Shown in pieces: positions 13,501 through 24,395 of a DNA stretch of 64,000 bases. Under the pieces are notes generated by a model that worked only from the letters and a program-made list of their open reading frames with translations, was not told the origin of the DNA and did not search any database. Source of the stretch: Vitrella brassicaformis CCMP3155 (Eukaryota > Protista > Chromerida); NCBI GenBank assembly GCA_001179505.1, contig CDMY01000435.1:12465-76464 (forward strand), written 5' to 3'. The position numbers and the translations under genes are program-made. Numbering within the stretch: position 1 is the stretch's first letter; the number at the start of each line of letters is the position of its first letter.

Positions 13501-16106
13501 GCGCTTCGCCGCCGGAAGACTCGCCCTCCCCGCCCCCGATTGCGTCCATTGAGCCGGCACCGTCACCTCCCACCCTCTCCAACGGGATCGACGCTTCCTG
13601 CCCTGCGATTTCCACGGATGCCCCTCTCATTCCCAAGCGCGAGCCAACTGCCATGCCTGTGCCACTTCCGGGCGAGACACAGCTCGGGTCAGCCACCACG
13701 GCCGCGGTGTTAGATACCTGCGTCAATCCAGGTGATCGTCGCGTCGCCACACAAGAGCCAGGGAGTGCGGAAGCCGGGCGCGCTCCAATTGACCTGTCGG
13801 TCGTTGCGGAGCAAGGAGACGAGACAGCCTTCCAGCAGACATACCGAGAGATCTACTCAGGGGCCAACCAGCAGACAAAACTGGTGCTAGCAGAGGTACA
13901 CAGACTCATCAGGATCGGTGTACATGCAATCAGGTCGCATGTTGCCCCTTGTCGTATTCGTGTGCAGTTCAGTGATGTTGACGGAAGTTTTCAGCGCGCA
14001 ATTCATTCTGAGGTGTCGGCTATATTGAACCGGCTGGTCAGCGAGGCTGCTCGGCAGGAGGGCCAGCGTGCTGAGCAGTACCTCGCAAATCTGCGCAACA
14101 CAGGGGCCGCGCTGCGGAATGCAATCGAAGGAACGGGGACGTCACAGCCATCCGTCAACCTTGGTAAGAAATGCGAGAAGAAGCCAGGTAAACATGACAT
14201 AAATCGACGCATAGGTTCGGTGGGCTTTGTGATGACATCAGTGCTGGACAACCTGGAGAAGCGCCTCACGAGCTTGGTCAAGACGGGTCTGCGTGACATG
14301 GTGCCCCAGCTGATAGAGCTCATCTACCAAGGCGCCAGCGCAGGCCCTGCATCGTGGTCGACGGCATTGGACAAAGGCATCGATGACGTTCTGGTCAGCG
14401 GGCAGGCAAACGGGTGCAAGGCCAGTGGCCACTGTTGACTGATTACTGCAGCAATCGGCTGGCGTCACTCTCATGCACGAATTGGGGAAGCTCGATGCGT
14501 CGCAACTACTCAAGGACAGGTACGATGATGCCAGCATCCATTGGTCACTACTGTCGTTATGGGTTTTGTTCGTGCCTCCGTGCAGCAAGGGCGAAGGCCG
14601 GTTGGCGTATGATGTCGAGGAGACGAGCGATGCGACTGCCACTTCCGTCAAGACAGTGCTGGCAGCTCTGGAGGCGTCCTTCCGTGAAGACTTCACCAAA
14701 CAATGCCACGAGCGTCTCATTCCGTGCGTCGTGGCCTACGTCAATGAACCCACCGCATCGATCCAGAAGAAGCTGAATGTAAGTAAGAAATATACCTTAC
14801 GAGAGGGCAACCGATCCCCGCTGTGATACTGTGTGCCCGGGGTTGCAGGAAATCGTGAGAGGCAACGTGGAGATGCTGTGTCGCGAGATGATTGACAAGG
14901 CGCGGGAGACGGCGCGGCCTGCGTTGACCTTGCCTGAGCGGATTTCGTTCGATAGCGATGCGACGGCTCTGGAATGCAGGACCAACCCACAGCAGCGAGC
15001 GGACGACATTCGCAGAGGAAGGGGGGATGCGAGCGACAATGAAAAAGGGGTACGAAAGCGCGGGCATGCAGGTGACAGAGAAAGGAGGATTCGCGAACTG
15101 TGTGTGCGTGTTCAGCTCGTAGGTGAGGCTGACAGGCTGGAGTCACTGATTTCATTCACTCAGTCGTTGCATAGCACCATGTCGTCAGCGTCGCAGCAGG
15201 CTGCACCACCACCAGCACCCTTCTCCTCATCCTCGCGGGACATCGGCGCACAAATCACACAGCTCATGCAACGTTGCCAATATACCTTGGCGTTCGAGCG
15301 GGTTGCCTTGTTCTGTCTGAAGGCTGACGGCAGCCGGCAGCAAGGTTAGCCCAGTGCAACGAGAACGGACCCCGAGAGAATGCATGTTTGCTCACGTGTA
15401 TTGTGTTTCAGGTAATGACGATGCGCTCACTGCGCTGTGTCGCGAGATCGAGAAATGCACCCCTGAATCATTGTGAGATACAAGTGGAGAGAGCATCCAG
15501 CGCTTACTGTCTCCTGATTGGTGATTTCTGTTCCAGCTACGATGAGCTTGCCTCAGCGGCCCCAGCAGATGATCCATTGGATATGCGCAGCCCTGTGTAT
15601 CACTGTGTGACGGTGCCGCTGATGCTCGCGGGTCATCTGCTGGGCCTGGCGCAGAGCATTCTATCGCAGCAAGGCGCCACCAGTGGCACACGTAAGACCG
15701 AGGGGATGGCCGCTGCGGAGGCCAGCCAGGCGAGTCTCATCGAGCTGCTACTCAGATGGATATGGTACGAAATGGCAGCGTTTCCCTTACATGCGTGGAT
15801 TGCATGCTTTTGCGATTGATTATGCCGCTCTCCGCAGTGTTGGGGTCCAGCGTATTAATTTGAAGCAGATGCTGACAGGACAGGTCTCTGACAGCCCCGA
15901 CAAGGCAACCAAGCTCCTTGATAACATCACACAGGTGGGGAAACGCGCCATTTCAGACACGTCTCATGGCGTTGTACCATCTGCACGTGTCCGTTCAGTG
16001 TACGCGCGACATAGTTGTCTTTCTGCGTCGCTTTGAGGACGCGCTTGGACAGTACCAACAAGCAGACCCGCAATCCAACCAAAGAAGTAAGGCCAGCATT
16101 CACTGA
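10527..16106 (+). CDS. Large multi-exon protein with WD40-like N-terminal half and helical C-terminal half; EDC4/Ge-1/VARICOSE-like decapping enhancer
   Basis: QVCWHPTDTSLFSTAHPSAIYVWNI, VCFAPHGQGILG...YIAVWW, VLLTATSANH...TELQIYGW...QVIDF and LLLSPTYLTLA...DVMLFDL follow the order of EDC4 propeller motifs as I recall them. Start position uncertain. Confidence 0.5.
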
Positions 16107-16744
16107 CATCAGTGACAACTTCGTTTGCCTACTTCTATTACTCTTTTACAGTTCTGTCGAGGCTTTCGTCGTGGGCTCAATCTGCCAGGGGTCTCCTCAT
16201 CAGCTTAGAGGAAGTGACGCCTGAGCTTCTCGTATCATAGTGTCCACGTGCAGGATCTGTGATGTCGGGGTGTGGACAGACTCATAATGCAACCACGACT
16301 GTTCCCGCTCAGGAGCTCTTTCTGCCACTCGTCTGCGCTATATTATATGCCGTGACGTTCACTCAATCGTTCATTCATTACATTGGAGACCATTAGTCAT
16401 TCCTTACTCATTCCCGCCCTTTAGGTCAAACTCATTACTCATGTCTACATTGCACGAACACACACACATTACCCAGTTCCAAAAACTTCATCGCCTGCTC
16501 TCACAGCCTCAGACTCGCTATGCTCGTTTCCTTCATTTCTCCCCGTCCCTCTGCTTGGTCTCTCCACACCATCTCTTCCCCCCTGACCGGCAGTCTGTAT
16601 GTCTGCCACAGCTGGCGCACCACCTCCGTCTTGTTCGGAACCTCGGGAGGGACACCCGTCCCCTTCGCGCGCTCGATGTTCTCAACGAGGGCATTCCGGT
16701 AGGCGAGTGCCTCCCAAAAGGTGCGTGCGATGCACGTGACACTT

Positions 16745-16845
16745 CTCTACGTAGAGCAATATGTAGATGGACATATGTAGTAGGTCTCTTTCACTGATGG
16801 ATGACCGAGATTGGATGGACGGGTGGGGAAGGTGTAGGGCTTACT
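16745..16845 (+). repeat. Isolated copy of the repeated family's terminal motif and downstream flank
   Basis: GTAGAGCAATATGTAGATGGACATATGTAGTAGGTCT...CTGATGGATGACCGAG...TGTAGGGCTT matches 47216-47253 joined to 47508-47555. Confidence 0.8.
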
Positions 16846-17691
16846 TCACTTCACACAGAGCAAACAGGAAGCCATGAACGCGAAGTTGCACTTGAGAAGA
16901 TAGCCACATACACTATTCTGCGGTTCAACCGTCGAATGTGGGTTCGATCTGGAACTAGAGTGTCACGACACAATGAATGTAGCCGCGATATATATGAAGC
17001 GCTTCTTGCTTTGGTCATCCTGAGACACCAATGCTCGTGCACGTTCTCTGGAGAAGAGATGACACACTGGATGCCTGGCTGAGCAGCAAGCCAGTCAGCT
17101 GTCCATGGAGCTGATGAAGCACAAAACGTTCCGGGGGCGAGTCGTGCACAACTTGCTGCGGCCGCCAGAGGGCCACGGACGGCCAGCGCGTTTCCCGAGG
17201 ACTTCGTCAGCCGCGGGCCATATAGGCCACACACCAGCCCGCTCCGGGGCTGTGAGGAGGGGGCACACACCAGCCCGCTCCGGGGCTGTGAGGGGGCTGG
17301 CTGGATCTGGATGCTGTGTGTGATGTGGTGCATGCCCTAAGCCTGTTTGCAGTGTTGAGACATTCATTGTATGCAGTCAGAGCGCGCTAGCGTTGTTCAC
17401 TGGCGTTGACAACGTTGAATACTGATTTATATCCAGTTTGTATTGCTCCTTTTGCTTGATACGAACTGGTGCCTAGACGAACTTCGTCGCGTGTCCATGT
17501 TTTTGCTCAGTGAAACATCATGAATGGTGGAGACAGCCCCCCAGAATGTCTTTGGTGGTCAAGGAGGACAAACAGATACCACGCGACTGTGATAGTCAGG
17601 ACCTGGTCTTATGGAACACACATGCATGTACTCACTTCTCTCTTTGTCTCTCCGTTATGACCACGATCGACATTAATGCAATTTTGCCACT

Positions 17692-20600
17692 CTAGGTCAG
17701 CATGCGCTCAATCGCCGACCGCGGGTCAGCATCACGCAACACAGCCTCAGACAGAATCACCCCGTCGGCACCTGAGAGCAACCAAAAGCAGGCAGACAGA
17801 TAAGGAGCCATGAATCATGAGCGACATGTTTGCGGACCGGCGCTGACGACCGCCCTCAGCTCCTCGGCGGTATCCACCCCTCCTTCAGATAGCACAAAGA
17901 TCTCTCTGATGAATCAGACAAACACACGGTTGCAGGAATCGTGGGGGCTGCCGTCGACCCCTGACGCACTCACTTTTCCTTCAGGCGCCTTCTCATTTCG
18001 TCTGTGAGCAATCGAGTCGTTCTGAAAGGCAAGCAGCCCCCGGGGTCCAGCCATGGACTTCTGGTTCGTGTCTTTGCTAAGCACCTGTGTACATCGGGTT
18101 GCATATCCCAGAAGTTCAGATTATTAATGGCGACGATTTTGCAGCCATCCAGCCGGAGACATCGCTCAAGCTGCTCGCGGGAGCTGACGCTGACGATCGC
18201 TTGCACCGATATGCGCTCGCACACTCTGCAAAGACACCAGGTGGGCGACATCGTCCCTGTCTGCTTTTGGTGCAGTGCTCATTGCTTACTTCAGGAAGGC
18301 TTGCAAGTCACGGTCAGACAAGACAGCAGCAACCAACTGCAATAAAATAGAAGGCAGGGAGCGAATGCTAGTGTGTGCAATGCGTTTACTTTGACTGCAT
18401 CCGCACCAGCGAGCCGCGCACGGACAATCTGAGGAACCAACACAACTGACGAAACTCCCTTTCGGTTCGCCCTCCTCCGGTGCTCGTTCGTCCCTTTGCC
18501 TACTTGCCAGGCGTATACGAATATGTCACTGGCGATGATTGGCACAGTCGATCCTCTTCGTGCCGCACCCAAGTCGTCAAAATTCCCAGCGTAGTACCTA
18601 ACGCAGTTGAGCATGTGCAGATTCAAGTCCCTTGTTGCGCATATAAAAGGCTGCCTGCCTGAGTTCTCACTTGTTATCAATGTGAACCGACACTGCGGCC
18701 ACGCCCCTCCTCTCCCCACCGTCGGCGTATGTGCTTGCGATGGCCTTTGGGTCGTACTTGGCCTTGAGAATGCCGTGATTAGGAGACGCCTTCATGCACT
18801 CCCCCACCAGCGCCACGCCTCTCTCGGCCTTCTGTCGACATAGCGAGCCGTAGAGATCCCTCGGGCGGTTGGCCGGGCGGAGGTTGTACTCGCCGACTTG
18901 GTACATGAGATTTGACATGGGGTATCTGTCCCTCAGACGATCCACTTCCATCTCCTTGCTCCAGACCATCTCCTCCAATCTGATGCGGCAGACAAACAGA
19001 CATGCCAGCTGCTTTCTGCCTGCCACACGTCTGTCCACGTGCATCCCACGTTGACGCACCTATGTGAGGGCAGCGGTGCCAGCTCAGGCAGGCTGAATTC
19101 GATTGTGCTGATGCTCACAGGACGGGCTACATTCACCAGGCGCCGGGGTAGCTGCAACACCACGCAACGCGAGTGGCAGCGCTGTGGAGTGTCCACCCTC
19201 TCTGGTACCCACCGTGATATCTGGATCGGGATTGTCAGGCGAATAGTCGACTTTTGAAGTGAATGGTGACACCATGAAGGAGCCTCCCCGTTGCCTCTTT
19301 ATCTCTCTCAGTCTCGCACGGGTTGTCTCGTTCATAGGGGTGGACGCACGCGTCCTGTCGGGGTTCTTCGGACCAATCTCAACAAATAGCGAACAACTCC
19401 CGTACTGCATCGAATAGACATGCCAGCCCAATCACGACGATTGCCCGTCATACTTTGTGGGTGCCTGTGTGATGACCAGGTAGGTGTTCCCGCCCTTGAT
19501 CATGGGTCCGATAGCCCCGTCGCCAAAAAAACCCATTAAAGGGCCGTCATAGCCCCACTCACGCAGCTTCTCCACCTCATAGTTGCCCTTGCCAAACAGC
19601 TTGCGGCCGCGATCTAGACCTTTCAGGACAAACAGGCCCTCCGGACGAAATGTGGCGTCCTGCCATCCCCAGAAGAGTGACAGACGCCACGTGCCAGCTC
19701 ATGTTCCGTACGTGTCGACCTCACATGGTGAGTGTACCTACTTCATCCAGGTCGTAGGCGAGCCTCTGAAGTGTTTCAGAGAGGTCGACCTGCGCACCGT
19801 ACATATCTCTCACATAGAAACGCATCGTCTGTCCCTCCTGTATGGGCTGCTGGATCAGCAGACCGCCTTCACGAAAGCTGGCCTTGGGCAGCTGGTGAGC
19901 ACACCACACAATCGACCGCGACATCTCATCTCTCGCGGTATGTGTGTACCTCCTCGACGAGGTATCTGCTCGAAGCGGCTGATGATGCTTGAGACACATC
20001 GGAGGGGGACGGTAGCTGCATGGGGACCTGCATATTACATGGCCGGTTACTGGTGTCAAGTTCTTGGCAGTCAAGCCGGTTACCTGTTCGACTCCCAGCA
20101 TGGTTGCCTTCTTGATGAGATTGGCATCGGTGTCGTCCAACTCATACGTCAGACGCGTATACTCACTCCAGGGACTGAGGCATAACAGACGGAGCACCAA
20201 AAACCATATAGGAAACATCTACTCTTCACTTCGTGTGCTTTCCATGACTCGATCGGCACGGTGTCTGCGGCTCCGACGCCGTCCTCGCTCATTCGTTTTT
20301 CAGCGTTCGCCCCCTGTAGAGCGGCGAAGGATTGCGCAGTCTCGGACAGCTCCTCCAGGTCCACCATCTTCTGTGGTGATGGCGGCTCATCCTTGAAAAT
20401 CTCCACGATCTTGTGCGGCTCGCACTTGGTAATACGGAATCGATCACTGACTGGACGGCAACCATGGGCGAGGCGAGTGCGGACCTGACAAACAAGGAGG
20501 ATATGTGCTTAGGCACCGGTCGTCATGTTTTCCGTGTGCATACATCTATATCTCCGACGAGCATGAGGCCGATGAGGCCATCCTGTGCGAAGGTGTCGAG

Positions 20601-21614
20601 CGATATCTCACCAGCAGGAACGTTCTCGGGCCACAATGCTGTCATGTTGAAGTTTGAAGAGGATGACATGGCACTGCAACCATACCGACGCATGGATGAA
20701 TCAGTGCATGAGGGCGTTGTCCCTGTTACCTCCATGCAAATATGGCCGGACTGCTGCTGGCGCCAAAGGTGCTTGCCAGGCCACCAACTTTCTTGGACTC
20801 CGGGTAGGCCTGATCCAACCCAATGATGACATTGTCAAGGCCCTGAAGCCGCATGAATCGGGGGGTGCTGTACATGAAGAAGAGGGGCACGTCTGACGGG
20901 GGCACACCCAGGTAAGAGATCCAGTCTTCAGCGGGGTCGAACTTGTCCGGTATCTCAGATGCCAACCTGATACAGCCCACCGAAGCATAAATCATCTCCC
21001 TGCACATATGTCCCTCGCCCTTTCAGCGGTTACATCTGGAAGGGTTTGATGGTGACATCAGGCAGACTGGCCAGCGTGACCGACACAGATGGAACACCCT
21101 CTGCCTCCTGTGCTTCCCCTGGTTCCTCCCTCTCCGCAGATCGTCCGATGTTCCCCCCCGTCGTCGTTCCAATGATCGCCTTGACATCAGGGAGCATGCG
21201 CCTCATCTGGGGCACCAGACCGTCCCACTGGAACTTGCTCGAGTACAGACTGCAAGCATGAACGATGGCAAGATCGGGCGTCACCCCCTGTGGCAGCTGA
21301 CTCCTTGCTGCCTCCACTGCATCTGCCGTTGCATCTGTCAGGTTGGCCTTAAGACTGAGGGCCGAAGACCATCTTTGGGGAACCGAGAGGGACTGCGCAG
21401 TCGGCACGCTCGCCGGAGGTACAGAGGGCGCAGAGGAAGGCGATGGACTGACGCAGCTCAGTGAGCGAGACGATGTGACCCGGCACGGTCCACGCAGATG
21501 AGCGGATGAGTCGTCATGACGGGGCGCCAGCCTCAGATGTGAACCGAGGGGGGAGAACCCGAGGGCAGAACAGATGAAGGCTGAATGCAGGAAAAGAAGA
21601 GGTGGGATCTCCAT
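17692..21614 (-). CDS. Signal peptide + Ser/Pro-rich leader + FIST_N + FIST_C + indole-3-glycerol-phosphate-synthase (TrpC)-like domain
   Basis: FIST: PDLAIVHACS, AIIGTTTGG, GVPSVSVTLASLPDV, KVGGLAS, IQEGQTMRFYVRD, LMGFFGDGAIGP. IGPS-like: HRLEEMVWSKEMEV, LVGECMKASPNHG, YDPKAIASTYADGG, AINNLN, VLSEGGV, GADGVILSEAVLRDADP. In-frame splicing across introns 19152-19212 and 18980-19059; stop at 17692-17694. Confidence 0.8.
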
Positions 21615-21669
21615 GGCGCTCCCTGCTTTGGGGTTTGACGGCACAGCTGTCCTAAGCTCGAGTGGAGCA

Positions 21670-23664
21670 ATGGAGCCTCTGGACGTGTGCATGGTTGGGA
21701 CGGGGGAGTACACGACGGGTTACGTGCCTGGTCTTGAAGCGGCGCCGGATAAACGCGTGGGAGTCGTTGGCCTTGTTTTGTTTGACCTCCGGAGGCGGGG
21801 AGTGGTTTCCTCGCTCAGTATGGTGGGTACGAGTGGAAGGAAGTTCGCCGCGATTCGCGACCACCTCCAGAAAGGAATCGCAGAGCAGTACCGTGACATG
21901 GACGTCACATGCGACACGTTCCCGGCTGACGGCATTGACAGAGATCCGCAGGCCTACAAGGCGGCCATTGACGCGTTAAAGCCAGGTATTTACCCATGGC
22001 CACATCGGCGGGAAGGGTCGGGGTCACACATGGGTATTACTTGAGTGCAGGGTCAGGCTGCTGCATCTTCACTCCCGATGATACCCACTTCGACATCGCC
22101 ATGTATGCCGTCGAGCGCAAGTGCCACGTGCTGGGTAAGCACGCACACGAGGCAGCTGTGTCATGCAGTCCCACAGTTTATTCTTGCAGTAACGAAGCCT
22201 GCTGTCATGACGGTGGATGAGCACATCAAGCTGAGGGATGCGGCGAGAAAGGTGGGATCGACTCGCATGCACCGAGCGGGAGCCTACTGCCCGTCACTTT
22301 CGTCTCTCTCTATGTGGTGTGTCCGATCAGTACAGAGTGTTGGTCCAGATAGAACTTCACAAGAGATGGGACCAAATCTATGCAGACGCGAGAGAACGGA
22401 TACGCTCATACGGTAGATGTGCCACTGCATACGACTTCGATAAAGCATGATTGTGCTGGCTCATCAGGCGATTTTACATATTTCAATAGTTACATGAGTC
22501 AACCGCAGAGCCAGCTGCAGACGTTCAAGGCATGGGCAGGAAAGTAGGCAAACGACAACCTACACGAAGCGATTAGAGGCAGAGTTATCGAGCGCGTGCC
22601 ATACCTGCGCAGGTCATCTGACATCAGCTACTATCTGAACTCTCACCACATGGACATCCACTGCTGGGCCATGCAGGGCAGAGCCGTGCCGGTCAAAGTG
22701 ACGGCTTTCGGATCGACGGGAGTGGCGTCGGGAAAATACGGTGAGGCGCAGACACCACTTGCCAGATGTCTTTTATTGTTTGATCCTTTGTCTAGGGTGC
22801 CCTCCGAATACCGAGGACGTCATCACCGTTCTGTCTGAGTGGAAGAATATCCCTTCTGGTAAGAAGCTGCGCCGTATGGCATTGTGCTGATCGCAGCTGT
22901 TCCTCATGTAGGGAACAAGGGGATTGCAGTGTATACTGCTGCGTGGACGGCACCAGACAACGCGGGTAGGTGCACAGACACGGACACGGCAGTGTACGTC
23001 TCAAATGCTCCATGCCACGCGCCTTAGAGGTCCACTCACAGCAGCGCTTTCAGTGTCTCTGCCACAATGGAGAAGTCAGGGTGAGCAGATACACACTAAA
23101 CAGACAGGGGCAGTGGCTGCGTCGATGGGTGCTGCTGCAGGCTGACCAAGCTCATCGGGGCTACGAGGTCACAGCTGATCGAAAGTACATGAGCGTCAAC
23201 CCCATGTACATGAAATACACCAGAGGTCAGCCACTGCGAAATGTGGTTTGCCTACCAGAGGCTTACCCTGTGCCCATTTCACTTCTCGTCAGACTCTGCT
23301 GGCTACTACGCCGGTCAGCGTGGATATGGTTACCTGTCGATTGAGACATGGGTCAACGCATGCAGGGATCTCAACCATGGAAGTGAGCATGTGCATACAC
23401 AATGGCAAGATTCACTGCGCCATGTACGGCTTGGCCGAGCAGAGAAAACGCTCGAAGAATGCCACGCGACCCTGCCAACTCTCGAAACGACACTGGAGGT
23501 CAAGAGCAATATCTCTCTGAAACGCGGGATGGCCACAATTGTGTGCATGTGCTGCATATCTGTTCGTTCAGCTAACAGCGTTGCTCGAGGCTGGTCGCCG
23601 CTCTCTGGACGACAACGGAGCCAGTATCGACGTGCAGAAACTCATAAAGGGGGAGGAGCGGTAA
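21670..23664 (+). CDS. gaaA: D-galacturonate reductase, GaaA-type (Gfo/Idh/MocA oxidoreductase)
   Basis: MVGTGEYTTGYV...[78 protein letters not shown] closely match fungal GaaA as I recall it. An alternative in-frame ATG lies at 21613. Confidence 0.88.
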
Positions 23665-24395
23665 ACCAGTGGCCTGTGCGTGGCGGAGGGTGGATGGGGA
23701 TACGATACCTTCTGAAGATGCATAAACTCATAGCGCAACGGCAGGCAGAGTCTGTCGGTCTCCCTCTTCCTAAATCAAGTACACACAGCCCGACTGGCTC
23801 TACGCTGACCTCAAGGTGTTCATTCGGCAATTAGTCCTCTCTGTGGGGAAGTAGCCTCACGAAACCATCGATAACCGGGACGCACATGCACAACCAAAGG
23901 AAGGACACTCATCCACTACAAGACATGGCCATTGAGAAGACATATTGATTAGTATCCCCACCCAATCAGGGCCATCGAGGCACGCTCAGTGACCCATTCT
24001 TCGATCGCGCCATCTTCAATGGCGGCACGTTTGTCGGCAGCCTGTCGGCTTTCTGAGGAAGGCGGGTCGTCACCTTCTCCATGGACGGGAAAGAGGGACG
24101 TTAAGGTGGTGATACGCACCCATGCATGCATAAATGGGCGGGTCACTGGGGTGGGTGTGGTTGGTCGTTCGCTGTCACGTTGTGCGAATTATTGTGCGAT
24201 GTGTGAGGTATTTGATATTTGCGGCTGTCCCTTTGCCTGTTTGATACTAGCTGATGCTTAGACGAGCTTCGTCGCCCTTCATGTAGTCAAAATCTCCTAC
24301 AGTTGGTAGGTACAGATAACTAATTGACTCTACCATAGAACAGAAGAAAGACACACAGAGACGACAACGATAGCGCGCGGGGACGGCAGTGCGAT

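Noticed and set aside
17228-17295. Two-unit tandem repeat with 36-nt period (CACACCAGCCCGCTCCGGGGCTGTGAGG)
   Set aside because: Only two adjacent units with no spacers; a simple local duplication, not CRISPR.
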